A stretch of DNA of 64,000 nt from Mobula hypostoma (GCF_963921235.1 NC_086097.1:20958001-21022000); one strand, 5' to 3'. Shown: positions 40,345 to 54,144, numbered from the stretch's first letter. The notes: generated from the sequence alone by a model not told the origin. A program made the numbers and translations.

Positions 40345-41566
40345 AAGATCTTGCGATGCTGGAAAGCCAAGCAACAACACAAAATGCTGGAGGAACTCAG
40401 CAGGCCAGGAAGCAACTATGAAAAAAAAAGTATAGTTGACGTTTTGGACCAAGACTCCTTATCAAGACTGGAGAAAAAAAAGATGGAGTTACAGTTAGAA
40501 GGCAGGGGAGTGGAGGAAGAAACACAAGGTGATAGGTGAAACCAGGAGGGGAGGAGGAAGGGTGAACTAAGAACTGGGAAGTCGATTGGTGAAAAAAATA
40601 CAGGGCTGGAGAAGAGGGGAATCTAATAGGACAGAAGGCCATGGAAGAAAAGAGGGGAGGAGCATCAGAGGGAAGTGATGGGCAGGTGAGAAGGAAAAGG
40701 GAATGGGGAAATGGTGAGGGGGAGCAGAGGAGGCATTACCAGAAGTTTGAGAAATTTATGTTCATGCCATCAGGCTGGGGGCTACCCGGGCAGAATACAA
40801 GGTGTTGTTCCTCTAATCTGAGTGTGGCCTTATCGTAACAGTAGAGGTGGCCGTGGACTGACAAGTCCGATTGGGAATGGGAAATGGAATTAAAATGGGT
40901 GGTCACCGGGAGATCCCACTTCTTCTGGTGGACAGAGTATAGGTGCTCGGTGAAGTGGTCTCCACTCTGTGTCGGGTCTCACCAATATATGAGGCCACAC
41001 AGGGTGCACTGGATATAGTAGATGACCATAACAGACTCACAGGTCAAGTGTTCCCTCACCTGGAAGGACTGTCTGGGGCTCTGAGAGGTGTGGTGTAGGG
41101 GCAGGAGTAACACTTGTTCTGCTTGCAAGGATAAGTGCCAGGAGGGATATCACTGGGGAAGGATGAAAGGACAAGGGAGTCGCGTAGGGAGCAATCCCTG
41201 CAGAAAGTGGGGGTAGGGGGGAGAAGAGGGAAAATGTGGGTGGGACCCCAATGGAAATGGTGGAAGTTACAGAAATTATGTGCTGGATGTGGAGGTTGGT
41301 GGGGTAGTAGGTGAGGACAAGAGGAACCCTATCCCTGTTGGGGTGGTAGGAGGATGGGGTGAAGGCAGAAGTGTACGAAATAGAAGAGAGGTGGTTGAGG
41401 GTGGCATCGATGGCAGAGTAAACGGTATGCGTTTCACGCAGAGACCCTTCATCAGGACTGATGAACATCGACAGTTTACTCTTTCCCAAAGATGCTGCCT
41501 GGTTTACCAAGTTCCTCCAGCATTTTGTGTGTTGATTGGATTTCCAGCATCTGCAGATTTTCTCAT
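40345..41566 (-). mobile_element. Penelope-like element, 5'-truncated, with an inverted terminal-repeat piece at its 5' end
   Basis: Minus-strand peptide NRDRVPLVLTYYPTNLHIQHII and remnant of RLEEQHLVFC.GS.QPDGMNI (~40750-40830). Purine-rich UTR. Inverted segment ~41462-41566. Confidence 0.85.
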
Positions 41567-43471
41567 GCAGAGTACTATAAAACTTAACTGTGGCTATCTT
41601 TCAATACCTGGAAAAGATCACGACCAATTCTTATAAATTGAAGGGTGGCATTTTAATGGAGTGAAGGGAATATAGACTGATCAGCCCAATTTCTAGAGAA
41701 TATGCTAATGCCTATTATAAAGGACATAACATAGCACTTAGAAAATGTCATGGGAATTGAACAAAGGAGGTATGGATTTAGGAAGAGGAAATCAAGCAAT
41801 CAGGACTAAGAAACTTAAAGGTTTTTTAAATTTAGTAAAATCAATGTAGAGAACCAATACAATGTATTTACATTTCAGAAGACCTTTGAATAAATTGCAC
41901 ACGAGGGATTAGCGTACAAATTAACACAGGATTTGGGGTAACATGTTGGCACAGATTTAAAGTTGGTTGACAGAATTGTGGGAATACTGGGTCTTTTTCC
42001 AGAGTAGCTGGGTAGCTAAGTGGGAAGGAAGGGTTAGGTTCATCTAACAGAAGCTTAAAGGCTTTGTACATTCTCCCACACAGTCACGGGGAGAATGTAC
42101 AAAGCAGAGCAAGATATGAACTCTGGTCGCCAGTACTGTAAAGTGTGTGCTAACCACTACACTACCATGTCATACTGCCCATGAATTTCACAAGAGAGGA
42201 GGTTGAAATTTGTTTTCCTGGAGGTAATTTGCTTGCAGGATATTCACAATAAGCCAATGTTTATAGATGGACTAGATTGATCGAAAGGGAGAAAACTTGT
42301 ACCAATGAAAAACTAAGCTATTCTTGTAAAAGGTCAATCACCTCCCACTAGAATAAAATATATAGTATTTTAAAAGGAAGCATGCTGTACATTATTTAGA
42401 AAGACCTGGACTAAATAGTCTAATTTCTAATAAAGTAGCAGGACTTTAGTCAAACGAGTTAGACTGGCAAGAAATTATCACTCATTTCAAAACAGAGTAG
42501 GGGAGTATAATATCATGCTACATTTGTCATGTGGCACCTTGTGCCAGGAAAGGCGACATGAAGCTGATTCACTGTGGATTATGAATTACAAATGCAGATT
42601 AGAAACCATAGCAGGATACTGAACAGCTCTTAAATTGCTCACTTATCTCCCCACGCTGAGGTGCCCATGTGCTGAATACAGAGCAAATGTGGTTTTATTC
42701 TGCAACTTAACCAATATTCAATTTGGAGGACAGATCTACAATGACAAATAAATATCTCAGTGTGGAGAATTTTTACCAATGGAAAAGGATGAGGTTGTAA
42801 TAAAATGACAGACTAAATGCAATTCCAAAAGTTCAAAGTAAATTTATTTTCAGAGGGTGCCCAAGACTTTAGCACTGTACTGTATTTGTCAATGTGGAGT
42901 GGAGAGAGTGTTTGTAAATCGGGCAGGAACAAAGGATGTTGGGAATGGCAAGGGTGGAGGTGTCCAGGAGATGCGTGGGACAGGTGGCAGAGAAGAAGTG
43001 CTGAGGTAAGGAGTGACACAGGTACAGACACACCCAGCTGAGACACCAGGTAAGGTAATTTGATTCCAAGCAATTGGTTTATTGATCATTACAAAATGAC
43101 TCTCTGGTGCTTCCCACTCCCTCCCTCTTTTTCCAACCATGATTCCCCTCTCCCTTCCCACTCCCATATCAGAATCAAGTTTATCACTCACATACGTCAT
43201 GATTTTTTTTTTGCAGCAGTACAGTGCAATACATAAAATCACTACTGGACTGTGCAAAGGTCTTCAGCTTCCTAGCTATACAGTATGTTCCTAAGGCTTA
43301 CAGGCATTCACAGTAAATACAAAGAACAAAAAGAAAACAAGCAATACGTAGAGAACATGAGATGAAGAGTCCTTGAAATTGAGTCCATAGGTTGTGGGAA
43401 ACAGTTCAGTGTTGGGATGAGAGAAATATTCCCTCTAGTTCAAGGGCCTGAAGGGTAATAATTGCTCCTGA

Positions 43472-43563
43472 TAACACCCATAAAAGTTGCTGGTGAATGC
43501 AGCAGGCCGGGCAGCATCTCCAGGAAGAGGTACAGTCGACGTTTCGGACTGAGACCCTTCGTC
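43472..43563 (-). mobile_element. 92-bp PLE terminal-repeat insertion (young subfamily), truncated inside the hammerhead core, nested in a Rex1 fragment (~43270-44305, minus strand)
   Basis: 9-bp TSD tgctcctga at 43463-43471 and 43564-43572. Reverse complement begins gacgaagggtctcagtccgaaacgtcgactg. Confidence 0.8.
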
Positions 43564-45009
43564 TGCTCCTGAACCTAGTGGTGTGGTCCTGAGGTCATAT
43601 GTACATGTCCCTGAATGCCGATAACAGCAGCAAGAAGAGTGTGTGGACTGGATGGTGGTTTAGTCTTGCATCAGCAGACACGTATTGTATGTGCTCAACG
43701 GTAGGGAAGGCTTTACCCATGGTGGACTGGGATGTATCCACTGCTTTCTGTAGGCTTTTCAGTTCAAGGACATTGTAATTTCAATTCCAGACTGGACTGC
43801 TACCAGTCAATATAACTCTATACTGGCTTGTCAAACTTATAGACACCATACTGAATCATTGCAAATCTCTAAGTAGAGGCTGCTGTGCCTTCTTTGTAAT
43901 GACACTTACATGCAGGATCCAAAACATATCCTCTGCAATGATAGAGGGGAATGTAAAGTTGCTGACCCTCTTCACCTCTGATCCATTGATGAAGACTGGC
44001 TCATGGACCTCTGGTTTTCTCCTTGTGAAGTCACCAACAGCTCCTTGGTCTGGCTGATATTGAGTGAGGTTGTTGTTGTGGCACTACTTAGCCAGATTTT
44101 CAATTCCCCTCCTATATGCTGATTCATCACCACCTTGGCAGCGGTATTGTCAGCAAACTTAAATATGGCATTGGAGCTGTACTTAGCCTCAATACAAGTA
44201 TAAAGCGAGAACAGCAAGGGGTTAAGCACGCAGCCTGATGATGCACCTGTGCTGATAGAGATTGTGGAGATGCTGCCCATCCAAACTGAATGGGGTCTGC
44301 AAGAGTAGTATCAAGTTCCAATTTGATATTACAAGAATATCAAAATTACTAGCATGACTAAATGATGATAAAATTACAAGCTACAGTAAGATATGGATAA
44401 GTTGCAAGCAAACAGAAACAGATGGCTTATACTGGTTTTTGCACGCCTCAGGGATCTCAGTGCCACCCTGAACGCTCCTCCTCCATTTAAGTAATCATTG
44501 GCTAGGGATTCTCACGAATCATGAGATGATCATTTGACTCCTTCCTAATAGACTTTGGGACTAGTTTTGCAGTCTGTCCACATAGGAATATCTTGGCACT
44601 TGAAGCAATACATTTAAAGGTGCAACCAAAGCAATGAAATCCACAACAGTATGATGCCAAGAAACCTGGAACAGCAGATTCTTTAGAGTGTAGTCCACAA
44701 ATCCTGGTAGGCAGCAGGAGTAAGATATTGTACAGAAAGCTTAATTTGTCAAGGCACTGAATACAAGAACAGGGAAGTTGTTGTAGAACTGTATAACAGA
44801 GTCCAAGCCAAAGTATTTTGTAAAACACTGACTACGCTACAGCAAGGGATAGGTGCAGAAGAGATTTGCTAGGAGAGAATGAAATTGGCATGCATACATT
44901 GAGCCTAAAAGGGTGAACTAGGATGATCTGCTTCCTTAGCAGAAATCAATAATCAAGACCTCTATGTCTAAAAGCACTGCCAAGGGGTGGTCATCAGTAT
45001 AATGTAGTA

Positions 45010-45227
45010 CAAACAACAGGAATTCTGCAGATGCTGGAAATTCAAGCAACACACATCAAAGTTGCTGGTGAACGCAGCAGGCCAGGCAGCATCTATAGGA
45101 AGAGGCGCAGACGACGTTTCAGGCCGAGACCTTGACGAAGGGTCTCGGCCTGAAACGTCGACTGCGCCTCTTCCTATAGATGCTGCCTGGCCTGCTGCGT
45201 TCACCAGCAACTTTGATGTGTGTTGCT
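45010..45227. mobile_element. Fold-back (palindromic) PLE terminal-repeat insertion
   Basis: ~87-bp arms 45045-45131 and 45141-45227 with one mismatch. 14-bp TSD agtataatgtagta at 44996-45009 and 45228-45241. Confidence 0.9.
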
Positions 45228-47394
45228 AGTATAATGTAGTAACTACTTTCCAACAGTAGCAGGAGATAACAGGCCAGACGAAAATTTCAAGTGTTATTGA
45301 GAAACAAAGGGAGAACTCATATGTGAGATCCATTACTAAAAGGGAAACAAGGGTCAAAACTCAACCAAATGGTAATCCCCGCTCCCGACATTATAGAACC
45401 CTTTTTGTCTTTCATGAAAAAAATGTAGGAGTAACACCAGCCGCTATCCGAGTTCTTTCTTGATTTCAAAGCTTTGACTCCCTTTGGGAAGACCTGGGGA
45501 TATCCTTCTCAAATTCAGCAACCCATAAAAATTCTGAAATCTTCCACGCTAGGCATATCAATTAAAAAGAATCTACAACAGAACCACTCTGTAATGATTG
45601 CTGTCAAACAAGGCAGTCTTATTGTCCCACTTTTTTTCTCCCTAATTTTACTCAACATTCTCAACTGCCTATCATCTCCCCCAGTGACCATCCTTCCCTT
45701 TCTCCCAATGTCCAATCTCCCCCCCTGGTTTCACCTATCACCTTTAGCTATCCTCCATCCCCTGCCCCCAGCTTATTATGGCGTCTTCCCCCTTTCTTTC
45801 TGGTCCTGAAGGGTCTTGGCCCAAAATGTTAACTGTTGAATCATTTCCATCAATGCTGCCTGACTTGTTGAGCTCCCCAGCATTTTGTGTTGGCCTTTAC
45901 ATCCAACGTCTGTCTTCAACAGCCAAGATCCTCTACCAATGAGATCCTACTGCTCCACACTACTGACAATAAAGGGTTCACAGTGGTTACCCAGGGACCA
46001 CCTCTTTAGGAAGAGGGACACGGATGAGGAAATGCACTAGTAAGGACTTGTTAATTGAGGAAAATCAAGACCTTAGAAAATATCATTTGCAGAGTGTTGC
46101 AGTGGAAAAGCCAGAAAGGTTGATGTTAAAATCAGCAAAGCTGGAGTAAGAAATGTTGGGATAAGAAACACTGCCAGTTCCTTAAATGTGTCATTGCAGG
46201 AAAATCTGCAAGAAATTCCCATTTGCCAAGATTTATCCCAAACTGCTGCAAAATGTTTAGGGTTGTAAACAATTATGGATGATATACCAAAAAGTAATAG
46301 GAAACAGGAGTATGATTCATGAAAGTTTGACTTTGTTTTGTATATGCATCTTTGAATTTTTTTTATGAAAAATGTGCACAGTTGACTTTTTTTTCTCATT
46401 TTACATATGAATAAAGGAAAGAGGAACTTGGTTACAACTGCATATCCATTCATTAAGTGGGCAAAAATGAATCATGGCATTTGAATATATGAATAATTTG
46501 CTTTTCTTTAGTCACTTAGGAATGAACCTGAAACTTCTGATAGGCAAAATATTTAAAGCTTTAAATGAAAGCACAAACAGAAATTCCCAGAAAGCCAACC
46601 ATATTAAACAAAGGCAGTAATCTTGTAGAACACAATCCATACACCAGTAAAGTTGCAAACCCAGAGTCTGTAGACTTTCATGCAAATTCAGTGTTTACAG
46701 TGACCTCACTTGCATCCCCAGTGAAATCATCCAAACCTCTTAAGTGCACTAACATGGAGTCAACATCTGAGAATGCAAGCTGTCTCAACTTAAATTTCCA
46801 TGGAACATGGAGGCCTTTGAATACTTAAAAGTCATTTGTCAGAAGTTCACTTCTGTACTAGACTTATGCTTAAAATGTTCTCCATTTAAAATATCATGAG
46901 CAGATCGCAAGAGAGCCTGGTGTCTGTTACTGTATAGAATATAGCTATATTTTGTTTTAGTTACAGGACTTCAAATATAAGTTTAAAATTGAGCAAATTC
47001 ATTCAGGTTATGTTTAATCATTTCATTGTGTTATCGGTTAATTATCCCTCTTGTTCAATTTAAACAATTTTGTTCATCATATAGCATCAAGCTTCCCACG
47101 ATCTAAAATATTTTAAATTTCTATACAATTTACTGGACTACTTCAATCGGGAAACTAGGCTTACATTACGTAAATAGTAATCACCCTCATAACTTCCTTA
47201 ATTTCTTGAAACACTTCAACTCTTTTGTTGTTAGCTTTAAAGTGTATCACCATCATGAAATATTCTAACAGCTGCAGTTCCTAACAGATTCTACTGATTC
47301 ATCATACCACTATGAATACAACTACCAGTTACCTTTAGAAATGGCTGAACCATCAAAACCCAGAATCAGGTTTTTAAATTTTATTTAATGACAT

Positions 47395-47652
47395 ACAACA
47401 TGGAATAGGTGCTTCGAACCTCACGACCCTGTGATCCCCCAATTGAATCCTAGCCGAATCATGGGACAATTTACAATGAACAATTAACCTACCAACCAGT
47501 ATGTCTTTTGACTGTAGATGGAAACCAGAGCACTTGAAAGAAACCCACGCAGTCATGAGAACACAAACTCCTTACACACAACGGCAGGAATTGAACCTGG
47601 ACCACTGGCATTGGAAAATGCTGTGCTAACCACTACACCACCATGCTGTCCC
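47395..47652 (-). mobile_element. V-SINE-type tRNA SINE
   Basis: Reverse-complement head gggacagcatggtggtgtagtggttagcac...ggttcaattcctgcc, followed by a V-domain. Confidence 0.75.
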
Positions 47653-48207
47653 AATTTCACTGGCAAATGTCGTGAAATGCGCTGTCTTTGCGGCAGCAGT
47701 ACAATGCAATACACGATAACCTTTAAACTGGTTAGAAACAGAAAGCTTATTAGCAAGTTTAAAGGACCAATATTCGTGTAGCTCCACAATGTTTCTTAGA
47801 AGCATCCTAATGCCCTTTATATACATAATTCTCTTGCACAGTGAAGTCTTGCTTGCCAATTTGTATTGCGGTGTTAGTGGCGAACATGCTTGCAATTCGT
47901 TTATGCTTTGTGGCATTAGCAATGAATTAACCAAGGGAACAGACAGAAAGACAATTACTACAGTTTGGTGAGATAAAACTGATCTCATAATCAACTGCGT
48001 ACAATTGTGCAATATTATGAGCAACTAAGCTACTTGCACAGCCCCCACTAAAATGCCAGTAAGAACAGATTCAGCTTGTGACCAATTTATAAAACAGTCT
48101 ACTTATACTATACCTTTGTCTAAAAGCTACGAGCTTCATTTTAAAAAGAGTTGACTTCAGTGCCACAAACTGCCATATTATCCAAAACATTTTTCAAGTT
48201 TACTCTT

Positions 48208-50687
48208 AGAACGTAGAATAGTACAGCACAGTACAGGCCCTTCGGCCTACAATGTCATGCCGACCCTCAAACCCTGCCTCCCATATAACTCCCCACCTTA
48301 AGTTCCTCCATATACCTGTCTGGTGGTCTCTTAAACTTCACTAGTGTATCTGATTCAGGCACTGCATTCCACGCACCAACCACTGAGTAAAAAACCTTCC
48401 TCTAATATCCCCCTTGAACTTCCCACCCCTTACCTTAAAGCCATGTCCTCTTGTATTGAGCAGTGGTGCCCTGGGGAAGAGGCGCTGGCTATCCACTCTA
48501 TCTATTCCTCTTATTATCTTGTACACCTTTATCATGTCTCCTCTCATCCTCCTTCTCTCCAAAGAATAAAGCCCGAGCTCCCTTAACCTCTGATCATATT
48601 ACACACTCTCTAAACCAGGTAGCATTCTGGTAAATCTCCTCTGTACCATTTCCAATGCTTCCACATTCTTCCTATAGTGAGGCGACCAGAACTGGACACA
48701 GTACTCCAAGTGTGGCTGAACCAGTTTTATAGAGCTGCATCATTACATCGCGACTCTTAAACTCTATCCCTCGACTTATGAAAGCTAACACCTCATAAGC
48801 TTTCTTAACTACCCTATCTACCTGTGAGGCAACTTTCAGGGTTCTGTGGACATGTACCAGATCCCTCTGCTCCTCCACACTACCAGGTATCCTGCCATTT
48901 ACTTTGTACTCTGCCTTGGAGATTGTCCTTCCAAAGTGTACCACCTCACACTTCTCAGGGTTGAACTCCATCTGCCACCTTTCAGCCCACTTCTGCATCC
49001 TATTAATGTCTCGCTGCAATCTTCGACAATCCTCTACACTATCTACAACACCACCAACCTATGTGTCATCTGCAAACTTGCCAACCCACCCTTCTACCCC
49101 CACATCCAGGTCGTTAATAAAAATCACAAAGTAACGGTCCCAGAACAGACCCTTGTGGGACACTAGTCACAATCCTCCAATCTGAATGTACTCCCTCCAC
49201 CACGGCCCTCTGCCTTCTGCAGGCAAGCCAATTCTGAATCCACCTGGCCAAACTTCCCTGGATCCCATGCCTTCTGACTTTCTGAATAAGCCTACCGTGT
49301 GGAACCTTGTCAAATGCCTTAATAAAATCCATATAGATTACATCCACTGCACTACCCTCATCTATATGCCTGGTCACCTCCTCAAAGAACCCTATCAGGC
49401 TTGTTAGATGCGATCTGCCCTTCACAAAGCCATGCTGACTGTCCCTGATCAGATCATGATTCTCTAAATGCCCATAGGTCCTATCTCTAAGAATCTTTTC
49501 TAACAGCTTGTCCACCACAGAAATAAGGCTCACTGGTCTATAATTACCTGGACTATCCCTATTAACTTTTATGAACAAGGGGACAACATTCGCCTCCCTC
49601 CAGTCCTCTGGTACCATTCCCATCGACAATGAGGACATAAAGATCCTAGTCAGAGGCTCAGCAGTCTCTTCCCTCGCCTCATGGAGCAGCCTGGGGTATA
49701 TTCCGTCAGCCCCGGGGACTTACCCATCCTAATGTATTTTAACAACTCCAACACCTCCTCTCTCTCTTAATATCAACATGCTCCAGAACATCAACCTCAC
49801 TCATATTGTCCTCACCATCAAGTTCCCTCTCATTGGTGAATACCCAAGAGAAGTATTCATTGAGGACCTCGCTCACTTCCACAGCCTCCAGGCACATCTT
49901 CCCACCTTTATCTCTAATCGGTCCTACTTTCACTCCTGTCATCCTTTTGTTCTTCACATAATTGAAGAATGCGTTGCGGTTTTCCTTTACCCTACTCGCC
50001 AAGCCCTTCTCATGCCCCCTTCTTGCTCTTCTCAGCCCCTTCTTAAGCTCCTTTCTTGCTTCCCTATATTCCTCAACAGACCCATTTGATCCTTGCTTCC
50101 TAAACCTCATGTATGCTGCCTTCTTCCACCTGATTAGATTTTCCACCTCACTTGTCACCCATGGTTCCTTCACCCTACCATTCTTTATCTTCCTCACCAG
50201 GACAAATTTATCCCTAACATCCTGCAAGAGATCTCTAAACATCCACCACATGTCCATAGTACATTTCCCTGCAAAAACATCATCCCAATTCATACCCGCA
50301 AATTCTAGCCTTATAGCCTCATAATTTGCCCTTCCCCAATTAAAAATTTTCCTGTCATCTCTGATTCTATCCTTTTCCATGATAATGTTAAAGGCCAGGG
50401 AGCAGTGGTCACTGTCCCCCAGATGCTCACCCACTGAGAGATCTGTGACCTGACTCGGTTCATTACCTAGTTCTAGATCTATTATGGCATTCCCCCTAGT
50501 CGGCCTGTCCACATACTGTGACAGGAATCCGTCCTGGACCCACTTAAACTCTGCCCTATCTAAACCCTTGGAGCTAATCAGGTGCCAATCAAAATTAGGG
50601 AAGTTAAAGTCACCCACGATAACAACCCTGTCGTTTTTGCACCTTTCCAAAATCTGCCTCCCAATCTGCTCCTCTGTATCTCTGCTC
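48208..50687 (-). mobile_element. CR1 LINE, 5'-truncated and frameshifted
   Basis: ORFs with VGDFNFP, NYRPVSL, YMDFIKAFDKVPH and PQGSVLGPLL. 7-bp tactctt repeat at 48201-48207 and 50688-50694. Confidence 0.93.
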
Positions 50688-53431
50688 TACTCTTGGCTTA
50701 TTGCCTCTAAATAGTCACTCTTTAATCTTCAAATTCAGGATGTTATTACATATGAAACTCAGGCCTCAATGAAACAAAATTCTGGGCTACTTGTGTGCTC
50801 CATAAATCCCTGTATTAAAAATAAATAGACAGATACAAGAAGAACTTTATTGGGAAAAGTTCTTTCACATCATTGTAATATCCTAAACCATACTGTAGCC
50901 AAAGAACTTCACATCCTAAGTAAACAATTTATGCTTACTTCACAAGTCACATTCAGTTTGGTCACAATTTTTAAATTATTCATTTCTAGATACCTCTGAC
51001 TTAACCCGTTTCCATTTCTAACATCCATGCCACGTGCTCAATTCTGGTTTACTTAAATTATCCCAATGTTGCCGGCAATGGCTTTAGCTGCCCAGAGATT
51101 CAGCCCACAATTCATTTCCTCAAACACTCATGGTTGGACCTTTCAAACTCTGAAACCTTGGTTCGAAGTGGGGGAATCTAGGACCAGAGGGCACAGCCTC
51201 AGAATACAAAGACATCCTTTTAGAACAGGGAGAAAGAAGAATTTACTTAGCTAGAGGATGGTGAATCTGTGCAATTCATTGCCACAGAAAGCACTGGATG
51301 CCAAGTCATTGGGTATATTTAAAGCGGAGGTTGATAGGTTCTTGATTAGCAAGCAAATCAAAAATTATGGGGTTGATGGAGAAAAAAAAATCAGCGATGA
51401 TTGATTGGCGGAATAGACTTGATGTGCTGAATGATCCAATTCTGCTCCTATGCCTTAGGGTCTTAAACAGTTTGTTGTAACTGTTACAGTCACCAGTTTT
51501 GAACATGAAAAATTAAGACAACACTTCTATTGATCGTATCCTGACTGGTTGCATCATGCATTGGTATGGCAATTTGTAGACAGGAATGCAAGCTCCAGAG
51601 AGCAGTGGACACAGCCCAATACATTACAGGTCCATCCCTCCCACCATTTTTAAAGTAACTACAGGAGGCTCTGGCTCAAGGCAACATACAAATATCCCCA
51701 TCTGAACCGTGCCATATGGTCCCAGCCACCATCAGGCAGGAAGTGTAGTAGCCGGTCCATCCCACTTGACCAAGAACATTTACTTCCCTTCAACCACTTG
51801 GTTCTTGAACCAAACTACAAAATCCCAGTCACTACAGTTTAGCAACACCATGACCCCTTTGCACTAAAATGGACTTTGTTCTAATTGTGTTCTTCCTTGT
51901 GGAAAAAAAAGTATGTCTTAGTGAATGCGGCTTGTAAGATGTTGTGTGCCTGTGATGCTGCTGCAGGGTTTTCAGTGCACTTATGCACACAAGCTCACCT
52001 TTGAAATAAGTCAAATGTTCTGTGAATTGTACTTGTCTTTTAGGCACTTGGATTTTTTTTTTAAAAGAGGAAAGCACTTATCGAACTAAAATTTACAATC
52101 AAAGTAACCTTGCCAAGCAGGATATAGGTCAATGACTTTTTGGAGCTCCAACATTACCATCTATGCCAAGTGTGTGGTGCAAGTATTGTTTTTATTTCAA
52201 GCTTCCAGCACAGGATTTTCCCTCTGCAGCTCATTGTCATGCGATCAATAGCACTCAAGATTTTGAAGATAACATCTTAATTCAGACTTCCATTATCCCA
52301 TTTATGTAAAAAAAAATGATTGCTTCACAATATGAAAAAAATCACAATTGGAGCAAATACTTTTCAATGCAAAATGGCCAATAAAGTTGAAATCTTTAAT
52401 AGTAAGATTTGCATATCTAATAACAGCTCTGGCCTGGAAGTGCATTTTTTTGGGAATGCAGTCACTGTTATCTCATGAACAAAGAAACCAACTTCTCTAA
52501 ACAGCCAACCTAGTGTGATCTTGATCAGACATTTTGGTATCAAGGTTTTGATAAGACAAAACTGTCAGGTAGATTGCTGTTTGAGATGGCAGTCTTATTG
52601 TGCCAAGTGACTCAGTATTAAAAATAGCTCCTCGTTAATCAAAATAATTACTTTTAATTATCAGCTTTTCCTGACAATTAAAGCATTAGTAATTACAAGA
52701 GCATTGCATGATCTTTCAAAGTTACAAATGCACTGACAGTTAGCTTGCCAAGATACCAACAGACTTTTTCAGTCATTTCACTTTCCTGGACAAATTTGAA
52801 CAAAAAGCATGAGAATTTAATGGCAAATACTATTCACTGTCTCTATCACTCCTGCAATCAAATACACATTTTCATTAATGCCTGAGTGAGTTTTAAGCCT
52901 GATATGATGTTGAGCTCTTTGGCCACATCTGCACCCATTTTCTTGGCATGGAATCCTCACACCCCTGCTCTGCTGATGACCCCTTCTTATTTCAAGCAAA
53001 TCCCTTCCACTTGGATTCTCCTTTCTGGCCTTTTATCTACTTGATCTTTATTTCCAATTGATGTGATGCTGACCGTCTTCAGACTTCTCCACCCTCAACC
53101 CCTCCCCAAACTTGCAGCACTCTACTCACTTAAGACCAATCTCGACCTAGTCAGAACAGCTGCTTAAGTCTTGTGCATTGACCTCTACTTTGGAGGCCAG
53201 GTGCCAGCCACATGAGATCTTGTACTTCTCAGAACACCAGAGCATCTTCCAGGCCATTACAAATCAGGAGATCTCACCTGATTGGAGATCGAGTCTCCAA
53301 CTTTGGTGCCCCAAAACAGTCTGCTTTAATTTCTTATCCAACATCCACAGGACTGGTGGGCCTCTTTCTGCCCCACTAAACTTATTCCTTCACATGTCCT
53401 TAATTTTGTTAACTCCAACCAGCTTATCTTT

Positions 53432-53632
53432 GGGGTGTATGGGGTGTCAGGGAGGGGTAGCACCTCTGGTGGGGTAACATGTCACGTCCTTTTCAAGGCG
53501 ATTAGTCCACCTTTGGTCCCCACCTGGCACTCAGCTCTCACCTGTGGCTCCCTGTAGCTGTTTGCATGTGACAGCGGCCACACCCCAGGCAACGGCTTCG
53601 ACAAGCCAGCTAAACCAGGTGAGGGTAGCTGA
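53432..53632 (+). ncRNA. Predicted HDV-like self-cleaving ribozyme
   Basis: P1 GGGGUGU (53432-38) / ACACCCC (53580-86). P2 CUCACCUG (53537-44) / CAGGUGAG (53616-23), extended by UCAGCU/AGCUGA. P3 GGC (53546-48) / GCC (53577-79). L3 starts UCC; after P1 comes AGGCAAC; P4 GGCUU/AAGCC; J4/2 GCUAA with candidate catalytic C53610. Confidence 0.7.
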
Positions 53633-53993
53633 CGGGTCTCAAACCCTCGGTGAGATAGGGAGTTGTCCATCCCAGCACATGAAGACAGACTCCGGCGGAT
53701 TAAGCGGACAAGACCAATGGAAGGTCCAACGGTCAAGAAGGCGGTCTCTGCAAGCGTCGTGGAACGTGTAGAGCAGGACAAGACACAGAAGACGTCCTGG
53801 TCATCCACTGCGCCTAGTCCCATCTCCAGCCGTCTCGACTCTGTCTTGCCACTGGATCCAGATGGGAATTGGGAAGAGAGAGCGAGGCTGACACTGAGCA
53901 ACTCTCCCTCACTTAAATCCAAATCACGCGCTAGTCTCGACACCATCAATAATGGTGTCGAGGTCCTCATCGACGTACGATGGACGAACAACA
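53432..53993 (+). mobile_element. Non-coding RTE-related retroelement (structured 5' UTR-like head, 3' stem-loop and CAA tail)
   Basis: atcttt direct repeat at 53426-53431 and 53994-53999. 11-bp stem-loop ctcgacaccat/atggtgtcgag at 53936-53962; aacaaca tail. CpG-rich. The head resembles recalled RTE 5' UTRs. Confidence 0.75.
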
Positions 53994-54144
53994 ATCTTTA
54001 CCATGGACATCCGTTCTCTACGTATACCACTTCCATCAAAAAGGCATTACCTTCTTGAACAAAGACCTGACCAATTCCACTCCACTAACACTTAACTGCA
54101 TAACAATAATCAGAATCAGGTTTACTATCACTGTAGTACATAGC

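Noticed and set aside
45010..45227. MITE or pre-miRNA interpretation of the palindrome
   Set aside because: Both arms are PLE terminal-repeat sequence, the structure is asymmetric, and the TSD is 14 bp, so it fits an inverted retro-insertion.
53482..54058. 170-aa and 131-aa ORFs over the RTE-related element
   Set aside because: No recognisable domains; consistent with chance ORFs in GC-rich repeat sequence.
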